This document shows positions 16,553-27,731 of a DNA stretch of 64,000 nt, piece after piece. How positions within the stretch are numbered: position 1 is the stretch's first letter; each line of letters opens with the position of its first letter. The position numbers and the translations under genes were made by a program. The stretch spans positions 28,626 to 92,625 of the forward strand of contig JACRIT010000016.1 in NCBI GenBank assembly GCA_016215655.1, given 5' to 3'. The stretch comes from Acidimicrobiia bacterium (lineage in GTDB: Bacteria > Actinomycetota > Acidimicrobiia > Spongiisociales > UBA11373). The notes beneath the pieces are model-generated. The model made no database searches and was not told where the DNA came from. It saw nothing but the letters and a program-made list of their open reading frames with translations.

Positions 16553-17595
16553 GAGTCCGTGTCCACCGGTCGCGGGGCCCTTCGAGCTCGGGCTTGCGCG
16601 TCGGCCGAAACCTGAGGCCGGGGTGTCCGGGGACGGGCGCCTGGAGCGACGAGCGGGGGGCGGTCGGCGTGTTCATGGCGATCACGGTCGTCGTGCTGTT
16701 CGGCATGCTCGGACTCACCGTCGACGTCGGTGCCCTGTACTACGAGCGGCGCCAGCTCAGCAACGGGGCCGATGCCGCGGTGCTCGCCATCGCCGAGGAT
16801 TGCGCGCTGGGTGTCGGCTCGTGTGACCCGGCATCCGCCCGGGTCATCGCGGAGTCGTTCGCCGACGCCAACGCCCGTGATGGGTACGCGATCGTCGAGG
16901 CCCTCGACCTCGATGCCGTCGCCAAGCGGGTCAGGGTGGTCACCGGCACCCTCACCGCCTCGGGAGGCCGGATTCTCGAACCCTTCTTCGCCCAGGTGAT
17001 CGGATTCGACGGCACCACGGTGCACGCCGACGCCACCGCGGTCTGGGGGTATCCCTCATCGATGCGCAACGTGCTTCCCCTGATCATCTCCCTCTGTGAG
17101 TTCCCCGGCGCGGCCACGCTTCCCGGACCCCTCGAGGTGCTGTTCTTCCACGACGGCAATAGCGCCGAGTCGTGCAACGCCCAGGCCGGTCAGGACACCG
17201 ATGGCGACAACCGGCTCGCCGGCGGATTCGGCTGGCTCGCCACCACCGGAGCCTGTGCGGCCTCGATGGCCCAGGGCGCCTGGGTGGTGGACGATCCGGG
17301 CGCCTCGCCGAGCAATGGCTGCTCGGCGAGCTTCATCGGGTCGCTGCTGGGAACGGCGGTGCCGCTGCCGATCTTCGACGACATCACCGGCACCGGGAGC
17401 AACGGTCAGTACCACGTTGCCGGCTTCGCCATGTTCGTCATCACGGGATACAACTTCGGAGGTCAGTTCAAGGCGCTCGCCCCGTGCCTCGGCGACGAGC
17501 GGTGCGTCTCCGGCTACTTCACGACGGGCGTCGTGCACGACGGAGAACTCGGCGGCACCGATCGCGGCATCGTCATCGTCAAGCTCACGGATTAG
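16540..17595 (+). CDS. TadG-like (Tad N-terminal domain) pilus assembly protein
   Basis: ERGAVGVFMAITVVVLFGMLGLTVDVGALYYERRQLSNGADAAVLA is typical of TadG-like proteins. Confidence 0.7.
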   Translation: MQRLRVRVHRSRGPSSSGLRVGRNLRPGCPGTGAWSDERGAVGVFMAITVVVLFGMLGLTVDVGALYYERRQLSNGADAAVLAIAEDCALGVGSCDPASARVIAESFADANARDGYAIVEALDLDAVAKRVRVVTGTLTASGGRILEPFFAQVIGFDGTTVHADATAVWGYPSSMRNVLPLIISLCEFPGAATLPGPLEVLFFHDGNSAESCNAQAGQDTDGDNRLAGGFGWLATTGACAASMAQGAWVVDDPGASPSNGCSASFIGSLLGTAVPLPIFDDITGTGSNGQYHVAGFAMFVITGYNFGGQFKALAPCLGDERCVSGYFTTGVVHDGELGGTDRGIVIVKLTD

Positions 17596-17605
17596 GAGAG
17601 TCGCC

Positions 17606-18442
17606 ATGCGGAGAGCCATCGGCATCGTCGGAGCCATTGCGGTCGCCGCCCTCGGCACCCTGTTGCTGGTCGGATACGTCCGCGGCGCCGAGGATCGGGC
17701 TCTCGCCGGAGAGGAGCTGGTCGAGGTGCTGGTGGTGGACCGCCCGATCTCGCAGGGGATGCCGGCCAGCCTGCTGACGGACTCGGTTCGTGTGGAGCGC
17801 GTCCCCCTCAAGGTGCGAGCCGACGGCGGGGTCTCGGACCTGTCCACACTTGCCGACCTCGTCGTCGGCACGGACCTCGTCCCCGGCGAGCAGGTGGTGG
17901 CCTCCCGGTTCGTCACCGCGGAGAGCCTCTCGGCCCGGGCCCGCATCGAGGCTCCTCCCGACACCCTCGAGGTGACGATCAGCCTCTCGCCGGAGCGCGC
18001 CCTGGGCGGTCAGTTGGTTCCGGGCGATGTCGTGGCAGTGATCGCATCATTCGATCCCTTCGACTTGAACACGTTCGAACCATCGCAGCTCGGCCCGGGT
18101 GAGGTGATCGATCCCGGCGAGATCTTCCTGGGCACCTCCGAGGACGGGAGCGGGTCGTCGGTCCGATCCCCGGCATCGACCGGTGTGATCCTGCACCGGG
18201 TGCTCGTCACGAGCGTCCAGGTCGAACAGGTGCCACGCGCCGCGGCCGAGGATCTCCCCAGCGATGCTCCGGCGCTGGCTCCGACCGGAAACCTGCTGAT
18301 CACCCTGGCGGGGCCGGCCGACGCGGTGGCTCGGATCGTCTTCACCGCGGAGCATGGCTTCGTCTGGCTGGCCGCGGAAGGTCCGGACGTCGTCGATGCC
18401 GCCTCCACCATCCAGACCCGGTCGACGGTGTATCTGCGATGA
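17606..18442 (+). CDS. cpaB: Flp pilus assembly protein CpaB/RcpC (SAF domain)
   Basis: N-terminal TM MRRAIGIVGAIAVAALGTLLLVGYV. SAF-like VEVLVVDRPISQGMPA and RcpC-like C-terminus. SD ggagag lies upstream of ATG 17606. Confidence 0.8.
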   Translation: MRRAIGIVGAIAVAALGTLLLVGYVRGAEDRALAGEELVEVLVVDRPISQGMPASLLTDSVRVERVPLKVRADGGVSDLSTLADLVVGTDLVPGEQVVASRFVTAESLSARARIEAPPDTLEVTISLSPERALGGQLVPGDVVAVIASFDPFDLNTFEPSQLGPGEVIDPGEIFLGTSEDGSGSSVRSPASTGVILHRVLVTSVQVEQVPRAAAEDLPSDAPALAPTGNLLITLAGPADAVARIVFTAEHGFVWLAAEGPDVVDAASTIQTRSTVYLR

Positions 18443-19623
18443 GGCCGATCCTTCTCGTCGGGAGCACCGACGCCATGGCCCGGAGGATCCATGCCGTGCT
18501 GGGCGAGGGTGTGCGCGAGCGGCTGCGCTTGTGGACCCAGCCGATCGCCGAGACCGGCGGGATCGACGCGGTGCTGTGGACCCGGCCCGCCGTCGTGGTC
18601 CTTGGCCCGGGACTGGTCGACAAGGTGTTGCTCCGCCTGGCCCAGGCGATCGATGCCGCCGACACCGACGTCGAGGTCGTGGTGGCGCACAGCGGCGGCG
18701 TCGACACCGATGCCGCTCTCGCCGCCGGGGTGCGCGGCCTGCTCGTCAAGACGTCGGACGACGACACCATTCGCGCCACGATCGGCCGGGCCCTCGTGGC
18801 GGCGGAGCGCCACGCCGCAGGGGAGACGATGGCGCCACCGCGTCAGACCGCCGTCTCCAGCGGCAAGGTGACGACGGTGTTGTCGCCCAAGGGCGGGGCC
18901 GGCAAGACGGTGTTGAGCACCAACCTCGCCGTCGGCCTGGCCTCGGTGGCTCCCCGAGGTGTCGTGCTCGTGGATCTCGACCTGCAATTCGGAGACGTGG
19001 CCTATGCGCTCGGCCTCAAGCCCCGTCACACCATCTACGACGCCGTCGCCGGAGCGGGGCCTCTCGACATCACCACGCTCAAGGTGTTCCTGACCCACCA
19101 CGCCTCCGACCTGTACGTGCTGTGCGCACCCGATGAGCCCCATCGCGGCGAGATGGTGAGCGTCGAGGTGGTGCAGCAGATCATCACCCTGCTGGCATCC
19201 GAGTTCGACCACGTGGTCGTCGACACCGCGGCGGGTCTCAGTGAGCACACGCTGGCGACCCTGGATCTGTCCACCGATGTTGTCTTCCTCGCCGACATGG
19301 ACGTCCCCAGTGTCCGCCACCTCAACAAGGTGATTCGTGCGTTCGACCGGCTCGGGATGAAGAAGGCCAAGCGCCATTTCCTGCTCAATCGCGCCGACGC
19401 CCGTGTCGGCCTGAGCATGCTCCAGGTGGCCACCCAGGCGGGGCTGGCCGTCGATCTCGAGATCCCGCTGTCCAAGCAGGTTCCGGTCACCCTCAACGAG
19501 GGTGTTCCCATCATCCTCTCCGATCCCAAGTGTCCCGTCTCCCGAAAGGTCTGGGAGCTCGTCGAGCGCCTCACCGATTCCCATGTCAGTCCGGCTCGCC
19601 AACCCCTGAAACGGAGCGCTTGA
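18439..19623 (+). CDS. cpaE: CpaE/TadZ ParA/MinD-like ATPase with receiver-like N-domain
   Basis: Deviant Walker A SPKGGAGKTVLSTNLA, plus VLVDLDLQFGDV and VVVDTAAG. Confidence 0.85.
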   Translation: MRPILLVGSTDAMARRIHAVLGEGVRERLRLWTQPIAETGGIDAVLWTRPAVVVLGPGLVDKVLLRLAQAIDAADTDVEVVVAHSGGVDTDAALAAGVRGLLVKTSDDDTIRATIGRALVAAERHAAGETMAPPRQTAVSSGKVTTVLSPKGGAGKTVLSTNLAVGLASVAPRGVVLVDLDLQFGDVAYALGLKPRHTIYDAVAGAGPLDITTLKVFLTHHASDLYVLCAPDEPHRGEMVSVEVVQQIITLLASEFDHVVVDTAAGLSEHTLATLDLSTDVVFLADMDVPSVRHLNKVIRAFDRLGMKKAKRHFLLNRADARVGLSMLQVATQAGLAVDLEIPLSKQVPVTLNEGVPIILSDPKCPVSRKVWELVERLTDSHVSPARQPLKRSA

Positions 19624-20996
19624 TGAAACTGAGTGAGCGGCTCAAGGCTCTCGACACCGGCACCGCGCAGCCGGACACGCCGGGCGTCGAGTTCATCGAC
19701 ACCTATCGAAGCGGGCCGGATCCGCTCGCCGACTTCAAGACCAAGGCGAAGGAGGCGCTCTACGGCAAGCTGGAGTCGCGGGCGCTCGATGCCACGCTGG
19801 GAGAGGCCGAGCTCAGGTCGGCGGTGGTGCGAGAGCTCGAGCGATTCCTGTCCGAGACCGAGATCCCGTTGAGCCCCGCCGAGCGTGAGCGCATCGCCGA
19901 GGAGATCAGCGAGGACATCCTCGGGTACGGGCCGATCCAGCGGTTCCTCCAGGATCGCGAGGTCACCGAAGTCATGGTGAACTCGACGAATCCGATCTTC
20001 GTGGAGCGAGGCGGGAAGATCAGCCGGACCAATGCCCGCTTCGCCACCGAGGAGCACCTCCGCCAGGTGATCGAACGCATCGTGGCCAGCGTCGGGCGGA
20101 GGGTGGATGAGGCGTCACCGATGGTGGATGCCCGGCTCCCCGACGGGTCACGCGTGAACGCGATCATTCCACCGCTCGCCGTCGACGGGCCGGCGCTGAC
20201 GATCCGCAAGTTCGCTGCCGATCCATACCGGGTCGACGACCTGATCGCGCTGAAGACGCTGACCCCGGCAATGGCGTCGCTGCTCGACCACTGTGTCCGC
20301 GGCAAGCTGAACATCCTGATCTCGGGTGGAACCGGAACCGGGAAGACCACGCTGCTCAACGTGATGTCCGGCTTCGTGCCCGGCGACGAACGGATCGTCA
20401 CGATCGAAGATGCTGTCGAGCTCCAGCTGCTCCAGGAGCACGTTGTTCGGCTGGAGAGCCGCCCCCCCAATGTCGAGGGGAGGGGCCAGGTGACCATCCG
20501 CGATCTGGTGAGGAACTCGCTGCGAATGCGGCCGGACCGGATCATCGTCGGTGAGGTCCGCGGCGCCGAAGCGCTCGACATGCTCCAGGCGATGAACACC
20601 GGCCACGAGGGCTCGATGTCGACCCTGCACGCCAATTCACCTCGTGACGCCCTGAGCCGACTCGAGACGATGGTGCTGATGGCCGGCCTCGACATCCCCG
20701 TCTCCGCCGTCAGGGAGTACATCTCATCGGCCATCGGCGTGATCGTGCAACTGAGCCGCCTCAGCGACGGAACGCGGCGGATCACCCAGATCACCGAGGT
20801 CGTCGGGATGGAAGGCGAGATCATCACGATGCAGGACGTGTTCCGCTTCCACAAGCGCGGAGTCGACGACCAGGGCAAGGTGGTGGGCGGCGTCACCGCC
20901 ACGGGTATTCGGCCCAAGTTCGCCGAGAAGCTGGCGGAGGCAGGCTTGCCGCTCTCCGCCGACCTGTTCGCCACCGACAAGGAGCGGGCAGCGTGA
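19623..20996 (+). CDS. cpaF: CpaF/TadA secretion ATPase
   Basis: ATGA overlap with cpaE. Walker [10 protein letters not shown], plus [22 protein letters not shown] and [13 protein letters not shown]. Confidence 0.95.
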   Translation: MKLSERLKALDTGTAQPDTPGVEFIDTYRSGPDPLADFKTKAKEALYGKLESRALDATLGEAELRSAVVRELERFLSETEIPLSPAERERIAEEISEDILGYGPIQRFLQDREVTEVMVNSTNPIFVERGGKISRTNARFATEEHLRQVIERIVASVGRRVDEASPMVDARLPDGSRVNAIIPPLAVDGPALTIRKFAADPYRVDDLIALKTLTPAMASLLDHCVRGKLNILISGGTGTGKTTLLNVMSGFVPGDERIVTIEDAVELQLLQEHVVRLESRPPNVEGRGQVTIRDLVRNSLRMRPDRIIVGEVRGAEALDMLQAMNTGHEGSMSTLHANSPRDALSRLETMVLMAGLDIPVSAVREYISSAIGVIVQLSRLSDGTRRITQITEVVGMEGEIITMQDVFRFHKRGVDDQGKVVGGVTATGIRPKFAEKLAEAGLPLSADLFATDKERAA

Positions 20997-22900
20997 ACGC
21001 GGCACGGCTCCTCGCCGCTGTCGTCGTCGCAGTCGTGGTGGCCGGGGGCGCGGCCTGGGCTGGGGAGGCCATCGAGGTCGAGGCTGTCGACGTGTCGGCA
21101 CGCCCGGAGATCTCGCTGACGATCTCGCTCCCGGCCGACGTGGTGGCCGCCGAGCCCGACGCCGACGATTTCGCCGTCGTGGTCGACGGCACCCGGGTCA
21201 CCGCCGAGGTCTACGCCGCCCTGCGCGACCCGATGGAGGTGGTCGTGGTGATGGACGCGTCGGGCAGCATGGCGGGGGAGCCCATCGAGCGCGCCGCGGC
21301 TGCGGCGCTGGCGTTCGTGGGCCGGCTGCCCTCATCGGCGCGGGTGGCCGTGGTCTCGTTCGGGGACGACCCGGCCCCGCTCACCGCGATGGGGGCGACC
21401 CATGACGAGGTCGTCGCCGCCCTGACCGGCCTGCGTGCCGCCGGGGAGACCTCGCTGTACGACGCGGTCGTCTTCGCCTCGGGCCTGTTCGAGGCCGCGG
21501 ACGCCCGCCACATCCTGGTGGTCCTCTCCGACGGCGCCGACACCGTGAGCGCGGCGACGCTCGAGGATGCCCTGGCTGCGGTCGGTGCCGCCGGTGCCGA
21601 CCTGCGCGCCGTGGCTCTCCAGTCGCCGGAAGCGTCCCCGGAGGCGCTGCAAACCCTCTCCGGAGGAGAGGTGACCACCGCGGTCGACGCCAACGCGCTT
21701 GCCGCGGCCTACACCACCGTGGCTCTCGATCTCACCGGCCGGTATCGCTTGACCTTCTCCACCGCTGCCTCCGGGCTGATCGAGATCGAGGTGTTCGTCC
21801 GCAGTCCCTCCGGGGTGCTGGCGGCATCGCAACAGGTCGATCTCGCCACGGGAGCCGCCACCGCACGCGCCACCCCGAGCGCGCCCCCGGCGGGATTCGG
21901 AATGGTCGATCCCGGTCCCGCCGAGGTGCTCGTGGCCGCACCCGGGCGCTTCGACCAGCCGTGGACGCTCCCTGCAGGGATCGCCTTCGTGTTCCTCGGC
22001 ACGGTCGCCGCGTTGTGGCTCACCTCGCGGTCGGGTGAGGACGGGTCCGAGTTCCGGCCGCTCGAAGGGATCCTCGTGGCCGCTCCGAAGCGCCCCGGCC
22101 TGCTGGCGGCCGTCGGGAGCCGGGTCCGGCTCATCGGCGACGGGGTGGCGCGGCGCTCGCGGGCTGGGGCGATCGATGCGGCCCTGGATCGCGCCGGACT
22201 GGCGGTGCGGCCCGGCGAGTTCGTGGTGGTGGCCGCCACGGCCGTCGTGGTCGGTGTGACCCTCGGTCTGGTGCTGGCCGGCCTCGTCGGAGCGGTGATC
22301 CTCGGTGGCGCGGCGGCTCTGGCCCCGCGCTTCGTCCTGCGAACCCTCGCCGTGCGCCGCCGGCGGGCATTCGCCGACCAGCTCGAAGGAACCCTGCAGA
22401 CCCTCGCCGGGAGCCTGCGCGCCGGGTATGGCCTCGTGCAGGCGATCTCCACCGTCGCCACCGAGGCACCCGAGCCGACCGCGACCGAGTTCAACCGAGT
22501 GGTCGTCGAGAACCGCCTCGGCCGTTCGATCGAGGATTCGATGACCGCCATGACGCGGCGGCTCGACGACGAGGATCTCGGCTGGGTCGTCGAGGCGATC
22601 GAGATCCAGCGCGAGGTGGGCGGGAATCTCGCCGAGGTCCTCGACACGGTCGCCGGGACGATCCGCGACCGCAACCTCATTCGACGCCAGGTCCAGGCGT
22701 TGAGCGCCGAGGGCCGAATCTCGGCATACATCCTGTTTGCCCTTCCCATCGTGATCGCGGGATTCATCGGCGTGATCAGCCCCGACTACCTCGCCGAGCT
22801 CACATCGAGCACGATCGGGCTCGTCATGCTCGGGGGCGCCGCCGTGCTCATGGGTCTCGGGGGTCTGTGGATCCGCAAGATCATCAGGGTGGACTTCTGA
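20993..22900 (+). CDS. tadB: VWA-domain / TadB (T2SS-F) fusion protein
   Basis: N-terminal signal/TM, then a VWA domain with MIDAS DASGSM...SLYDA...LSDGADT (aa ~80-260). The C-terminal half has polytopic T2SSF repeats (LPDTL-like [33 protein letters not shown]). Confidence 0.85.
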   Translation: MNAARLLAAVVVAVVVAGGAAWAGEAIEVEAVDVSARPEISLTISLPADVVAAEPDADDFAVVVDGTRVTAEVYAALRDPMEVVVVMDASGSMAGEPIERAAAAALAFVGRLPSSARVAVVSFGDDPAPLTAMGATHDEVVAALTGLRAAGETSLYDAVVFASGLFEAADARHILVVLSDGADTVSAATLEDALAAVGAAGADLRAVALQSPEASPEALQTLSGGEVTTAVDANALAAAYTTVALDLTGRYRLTFSTAASGLIEIEVFVRSPSGVLAASQQVDLATGAATARATPSAPPAGFGMVDPGPAEVLVAAPGRFDQPWTLPAGIAFVFLGTVAALWLTSRSGEDGSEFRPLEGILVAAPKRPGLLAAVGSRVRLIGDGVARRSRAGAIDAALDRAGLAVRPGEFVVVAATAVVVGVTLGLVLAGLVGAVILGGAAALAPRFVLRTLAVRRRRAFADQLEGTLQTLAGSLRAGYGLVQAISTVATEAPEPTATEFNRVVVENRLGRSIEDSMTAMTRRLDDEDLGWVVEAIEIQREVGGNLAEVLDTVAGTIRDRNLIRRQVQALSAEGRISAYILFALPIVIAGFIGVISPDYLAELTSSTIGLVMLGGAAVLMGLGGLWIRKIIRVDF

Positions 22901-23808
22901 TGTTCGACGTTCCCTGGCACGTCTTCGTCGGTGCCGCCCTGGTGGTCGGGTCTCTGCCCCTGCTTGCCTGGTCGGTGGGCGGGTCGCGCCGGGGGTCGGC
23001 GGTGGCCGCATCGGGACAGGGCATCACCCTTGACGAGCGGCAAGCTCATCTCAGGGTGGGCGCCAGCGATCGGCTGCTCCTCCCCGCGGTACGGGCGATG
23101 GGGCGACGGGTGCGCCGTGTCACCCCGCGCGGCTGGGTGGAGGCACTCGACAAGAGGATCCGGCTCGCCGGATCGCCGCCGGCGTGGACCCTGGAGCGGT
23201 CACTGGCTCTCAAGGTCGGACTGGGAACGATGCTGGCCCTCGCCGGATACGCCGGGATGCGGGCCGACGTGCCGACGCGGGTCGGACTCGCGGTGGTGGC
23301 GTGGGCGGTCGGATACGCCGTTCCCGACGTCATCCTCCACGCTCGGGGGCGGGAGCGGCAGAAGACGATCCTGCACGAACTGCCCGACACCCTCGATCAG
23401 CTCACCATCAGCGTGGAGGCGGGACTGGGATTCGACGCCGCCCTCAGCCGGGTGGCGGCGAGCGGCACCGGTGCCCTGGCCGAAGAACTCGCCCGGGTGC
23501 TCGCCGAGATCAAGGTCGGGGTGCCCCGCACCGAGTCGCTGAAGCGGCTGCTCAGTCGCACCGATGTCCAGGAGCTCCGCCACTTCGTGCTCGCCCTGCA
23601 GCAGGCCGAGCAGTTCGGTCTCCCGGTGGCCCGGGTGCTGCGCATCCAGTCGGGGGAGCTGCGGACGAAGCGCCGTCAGCGGGCGGAAGAGACCGCGATG
23701 AAGATCCCCGTCAAGATCGTCTTTCCGCTCGTGCTGTGTATCTTCCCGGCGCTGTTCGTGGTGCTGTTGGGACCCGCCATGATCCGGGTGGCCCGGGCAC
23801 TGCTCTGA
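22900..23808 (+). CDS. tadC: TadC (T2SS-F family) pilus assembly membrane protein
   Basis: ELPDTLDQLTISVEAGLGFDAAL, LALQQAEQFGLPVARVL, and terminal TM helices. ATG overlaps the tadB stop (TGATG). Confidence 0.85.
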   Translation: MFDVPWHVFVGAALVVGSLPLLAWSVGGSRRGSAVAASGQGITLDERQAHLRVGASDRLLLPAVRAMGRRVRRVTPRGWVEALDKRIRLAGSPPAWTLERSLALKVGLGTMLALAGYAGMRADVPTRVGLAVVAWAVGYAVPDVILHARGRERQKTILHELPDTLDQLTISVEAGLGFDAALSRVAASGTGALAEELARVLAEIKVGVPRTESLKRLLSRTDVQELRHFVLALQQAEQFGLPVARVLRIQSGELRTKRRQRAEETAMKIPVKIVFPLVLCIFPALFVVLLGPAMIRVARALL

Positions 23809-23862
23809 GATTGCCGCAGGCGGGTCGTTGACCTCGGGCGGGGCGACGGCGACGATGGGGCG

Positions 23863-24750
23863 GTGACGATCCCTGCACTTCCGTGTTGGGCGGAGCCGGC
23901 GGTGGGGGAGTTCCTGGGCCGCGCCGCCGCCGAGCGCAACCTGTCCGCTCACACCCGCCAGGCCTACCGGCGCGACCTGGCGCAGTTCTTCGACTTCTGC
24001 GACCGCCTCGGCATCACCACGCTGCACGGTGTCGATCGCCAGGCGGTGCGCCGCTGGCAGGCGCAGCTCGGCACCCGGGGGTTTGCCGCGGCCTCGATCG
24101 CCCGAAAGGTGTCGGCGGTGCGGTCGTTCTTCCGCGATGCCGCCCGTCGCGACCTCGTGGCCGGTGATCCCTCCATCGGCCTGCCCACGCGCAAGAAGCC
24201 ATCACGGCTCCCCCGGGCGTTGGGTGCGACCTCGCTCGCCGCGATGCTCGACGGCCTCGACGGGAGCGACGCGCTCACGTTGCGTGACCGTGCGATCCTC
24301 GAAGTGCTGTATGGCACCGGCCTTCGGGTTTCGGAGCTCGCCGGGCTCAGGGTGCGAGATGTCCAGACCGAACTCGTGCGCGTGCGGGGCAAGGGCGACA
24401 AGGATCGAGTGGTGCCACTGGCAGGCCAAGCCCGCAGCGCCCTCGACCGGTACCTCGCCGCGGGCCGCCCGTCCCTCGTCGTCGCCGAGTCGGGGGACGC
24501 GCTCTGGCTGGGAGCGCGCGGTGGTCCGCTCGACTCTCGAGGGGTGCGCCGGGTCGCTCGTTCGCGGCTCGGCACCTACCCCCATGCCCTGCGCCACTCC
24601 TTCGCCACCCACCTCCTCGAGCGGGGTGCCGACCTGCGCACGGTTCAGGAACTCCTGGGGCACGTTGAACTGGCCACTACCCAGACTTACACTGCCATAT
24701 CCCGACACCACCTCAAGGCCACCTATGAGCGATCGCATCCGCGCGCCTGA
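23863..24750 (+). CDS. xerC: tyrosine recombinase XerC
   Basis: Catalytic residues are in context: YGTGLRVSEL (R), GKGDKDRVVPL (K), HALRHSFATHLL (H-x-x-R), LLGHVELATTQTYT (H..Y). Confidence 0.9.
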   Translation: MTIPALPCWAEPAVGEFLGRAAAERNLSAHTRQAYRRDLAQFFDFCDRLGITTLHGVDRQAVRRWQAQLGTRGFAAASIARKVSAVRSFFRDAARRDLVAGDPSIGLPTRKKPSRLPRALGATSLAAMLDGLDGSDALTLRDRAILEVLYGTGLRVSELAGLRVRDVQTELVRVRGKGDKDRVVPLAGQARSALDRYLAAGRPSLVVAESGDALWLGARGGPLDSRGVRRVARSRLGTYPHALRHSFATHLLERGADLRTVQELLGHVELATTQTYTAISRHHLKATYERSHPRA

Positions 24751-25516
24751 ACCGACAGCGCAGGAGATCGGCGGTCTCTGGGCGACGTTCAAGAAGTCGG
24801 GGAGTCCGAGTGCCCGCGAAGGGCTCATCCTCCACTACTCGCCCCTCGTGAAGTTCGTGGCCGGGCGCGTCGGGGTGGGACTTCCGCGCAGCGTGGAGCA
24901 GTCGGATCTGATCTCCTACGGGATGTTCGGACTCATCGATGCCATCGACAAGTTCGAGCCCGAGCGCAACATCAAGTTCGAGACCTACGCGGTCAACCGC
25001 ATCAAGGGGGCGATCCTCGACGAGCTGCGTGCACTGGATTGGGTGCCGCGTTCGGTGCGCGCTCGCGCCCGGGAGATCCAGCGTTCGCTCGACGAGCTCG
25101 AGCACCGGCTGAAGCGCTCGGCGACGGAGGACGAACTCGCCGCGCACATGGGGTTGCCGCTCGAGACGCTGCAAACCCAGCTGGGCGAGATCGCCGGTCT
25201 CGGCTTCGTCGCGCTCGATGAGCTCGTCGATGCCGGGGACCGCAGCTCCGCCACGCTCGGGGATCTGCTGTCGGATCCGAAGGCCACCGAGCCGGGTGGC
25301 TCCTTCGAACAACAGGAGACCCGCTACTTCCTCAGCGACGCCATCAACCGCCTCCCCGAGCGCGAGCGGCTCGTGATCACCCTGTACTACTACGAGGGCC
25401 TCACCCTGGCCGAGATCGGGGATGTGCTCGGTGTCACCGAGTCGCGCATCTGCCAGATCCATACGAAGTCGGTCATGAGCCTGCGCAACCGGATGATCGA
25501 ACCGGGAGCACTCTGA
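24725..25516 (+). CDS. whiG: FliA/WhiG-type (sigma-28 group) RNA polymerase sigma factor
   Basis: Region 2 reads [42 protein letters not shown]. Region 4 reads [29 protein letters not shown]. It overlaps the xerC 3' end by 26 nt. Confidence 0.85.
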   Translation: MSDRIRAPEPTAQEIGGLWATFKKSGSPSAREGLILHYSPLVKFVAGRVGVGLPRSVEQSDLISYGMFGLIDAIDKFEPERNIKFETYAVNRIKGAILDELRALDWVPRSVRARAREIQRSLDELEHRLKRSATEDELAAHMGLPLETLQTQLGEIAGLGFVALDELVDAGDRSSATLGDLLSDPKATEPGGSFEQQETRYFLSDAINRLPERERLVITLYYYEGLTLAEIGDVLGVTESRICQIHTKSVMSLRNRMIEPGAL

Positions 25517-25673
25517 CGTCGCCCGGGTCCGGCCCGCTCAACTCCTCGTCCCGTCTACACTTCGCCGCAATCACACACGTTCGCCGCAACCTCCCGCGGT
25601 CGGGGTCGCCGACGCGTCCCCGGGGAGGCCGAAGGGCGGGCGGAGGCAGCAACCGAACCTAAGGAGACCACCG

Positions 25674-26399
25674 GTGGCCAGTGTCACCATGAAAGAGCTG
25701 CTCGAAGCAGGGGTCCACTTCGGGCATCAGACCCGGCGCTGGGACCCGAAGATGCGCCCGTTCATCTTCTCGGAGCGCAACGGGATCCACATCATCGACC
25801 TGCGCCAGACCCTGGCGGCGGCGAACCAGGCGGCAGAGTTCGTCAAGAACCTCGCGGCCGGCGGGGGCATCGTGCTGTTCATCGGCACGAAGAAGCAGGC
25901 GCAATCGGTGATCAAGGATGCGGCGACCCGGGCCGGCATGCCGTACGTCAATGAGCGCTGGCTCGGCGGCATGCTCACCAACTTCACCACCATCCACAAG
26001 CGCATCCTCTACATGCGCGAGTTGGAGCGCATGAACGACAGCGGCGAAATGGATGCGTTGCCGAAGAAGGAGCGCCTCCGCCTCCGCCGCGAGCTGGAGA
26101 AGCTCCAGGCGGTGCTCGGCGGGGTTCGTGACCTGCATCGCGCCCCGGATGCCGTCTTCATCGTCGACGTCAAGAACGAGCACATCGCGGTCACCGAAGG
26201 CACCCGTCTGGGGATTCCGATCATCGCCATCGTCGACACCAACTGCGATCCCGACAACATCGACTACGTGATCCCCGGCAACGACGATGCCATTCGCTCT
26301 GCCGGCCTCATGGCCGATGTGATCGCGGATGCCTGCATCGCCGGTGCCGAGATCGCTGCGGCGCGGGGCAAGGACAAGGCGGGTGACGCCAATGGCTGA
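25674..26399 (+). CDS. rpsB: 30S ribosomal protein S2
   Basis: [31 protein letters not shown] and [14 protein letters not shown]. The start may be ATG 25689 instead of GTG 25674. Confidence 0.95.
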   Translation: MASVTMKELLEAGVHFGHQTRRWDPKMRPFIFSERNGIHIIDLRQTLAAANQAAEFVKNLAAGGGIVLFIGTKKQAQSVIKDAATRAGMPYVNERWLGGMLTNFTTIHKRILYMRELERMNDSGEMDALPKKERLRLRRELEKLQAVLGGVRDLHRAPDAVFIVDVKNEHIAVTEGTRLGIPIIAIVDTNCDPDNIDYVIPGNDDAIRSAGLMADVIADACIAGAEIAAARGKDKAGDANG

Positions 26400-27012
26400 G
26401 ATCACCGCCGCCCTGGTCGCAACCCTGCGCAAGTCGAGCGGCGCCGGGATGATGGACGCCAAGCGCGCCCTCGAGGAGGCAGCGGGCGACCTCGCCCGTG
26501 CCGCCGAGATCCTTCGCGAGAAGGGCCTGGCCTCGGCGAAGAAGCGCTCGGAGCGTGCCACCGAGCAGGGGACCATCGGGCACTACCTGCACTTCCAGGC
26601 GGACCGCCCGGTGATCGGGGTGCTCGTGGAGCTCTCGTCCGAGACGGACTTCGTCGCCAAGTCGGACCGGTTCCAGAGTGCGGCGCGCGACATCGCCATG
26701 CATGTCGCCGCAGCCCGTCCCCGGTGGGTGCGGCGCGACGAGGTGCCCGATGCGATCCTTGCCAAGGAGCGCGAACTCATCGCCGCCCAGGCGCGCAACG
26801 AAGGCAAGCCGGACAAGGTCATCGACAAGATCGTGGACGGCAAGGTCAACTCGTTCTTCGAGGACAACGTGCTGTACGACCAGACCTTCGTGAACCCCGA
26901 GAAGTTCGAGGGCACCGTGGGCCAACTCGTCGAATCCCTCGCCGCCACGATGGGGGAGAACATCTCGGTTCGGCGCTTTGCCCGCGTGGGTGTCGGTGAG
27001 GTCGCGGAGTAG
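26392..27012 (+). CDS. tsf: translation elongation factor Ts (short form, 206 aa)
   Basis: [45 protein letters not shown] (UBA-like N-domain) and [13 protein letters not shown]. Confidence 0.9.
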   Translation: MAEITAALVATLRKSSGAGMMDAKRALEEAAGDLARAAEILREKGLASAKKRSERATEQGTIGHYLHFQADRPVIGVLVELSSETDFVAKSDRFQSAARDIAMHVAAARPRWVRRDEVPDAILAKERELIAAQARNEGKPDKVIDKIVDGKVNSFFEDNVLYDQTFVNPEKFEGTVGQLVESLAATMGENISVRRFARVGVGEVAE

Positions 27013-27716
27013 TGGGCCGCCGGGTAGCCCTCAAGCTCTCGGGTGAATCCTTCGCCGACGCCGAACTCGGGTATGGCATCGATCCGAAGACGGTGCAGCG
27101 GATCGCCACCGAGATCGCCAGTGTGCACGGCGAGGGTCACGAGATCGCCATCGTCGTCGGTGGGGGAAACATCTTCCGCGGGTTGTCGTCGGCGGCGGCG
27201 GGGATGGACCGGGCGAATGCCGACTACATGGGCATGCTCGCCACGATCATCAACGCCCTGGCGCTGCGCGACGCGCTGGAGCACGCCGGGGTCGAGACGA
27301 GGGTCCAGACCGCCATCTCCATCGCCCAGGTGGCCGAGCCCTACATCCGGCTGCGCGCCATCCGGCATCTCGAAAAGGGGCGGGCGGTGGTCTTCGCCGG
27401 GGGGACGGGCAATCCCTACTTCACCACCGATACCACCGTGGCGCTGCGCGCCGCAGAGATCGGCGCCGATGCCGTGCTGAAGGCCACGCGGGTGGATGGG
27501 GTGTTCGATGCCGACCCGGAGACCCATCCCGGTGCCCGCCTCCTCACCGAGCTCACCTACATGCAGGTCCTCGAGCAGGGTCTTCGGGTGATGGACAGCA
27601 CCGCCATTACGATGTGCATGGACAACAACCTGCCCATCCGGGTGTTCAACATCTCCGTTCCGGGCAACATCGCCCGGGCCGTCCGCGGCGAACCGGTGGG
27701 TACGCTGGTTCGCTGA
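27012..27716 (+). CDS. pyrH: UMP kinase
   Basis: [22 protein letters not shown] and [15 protein letters not shown]. Confidence 0.95.
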   Translation: MGRRVALKLSGESFADAELGYGIDPKTVQRIATEIASVHGEGHEIAIVVGGGNIFRGLSSAAAGMDRANADYMGMLATIINALALRDALEHAGVETRVQTAISIAQVAEPYIRLRAIRHLEKGRAVVFAGGTGNPYFTTDTTVALRAAEIGADAVLKATRVDGVFDADPETHPGARLLTELTYMQVLEQGLRVMDSTAITMCMDNNLPIRVFNISVPGNIARAVRGEPVGTLVR

Positions 27717-27731
27717 AGAGGAGGCCACCAC

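Noticed and set aside
25561-25589. Direct repeat TTCGCCGCAA (25561-25570 and 25580-25589) in the rpsB upstream region; possible operator or leader element
   Set aside because: Only two short copies are present, and I cannot verify any structure or known motif. The support is insufficient.
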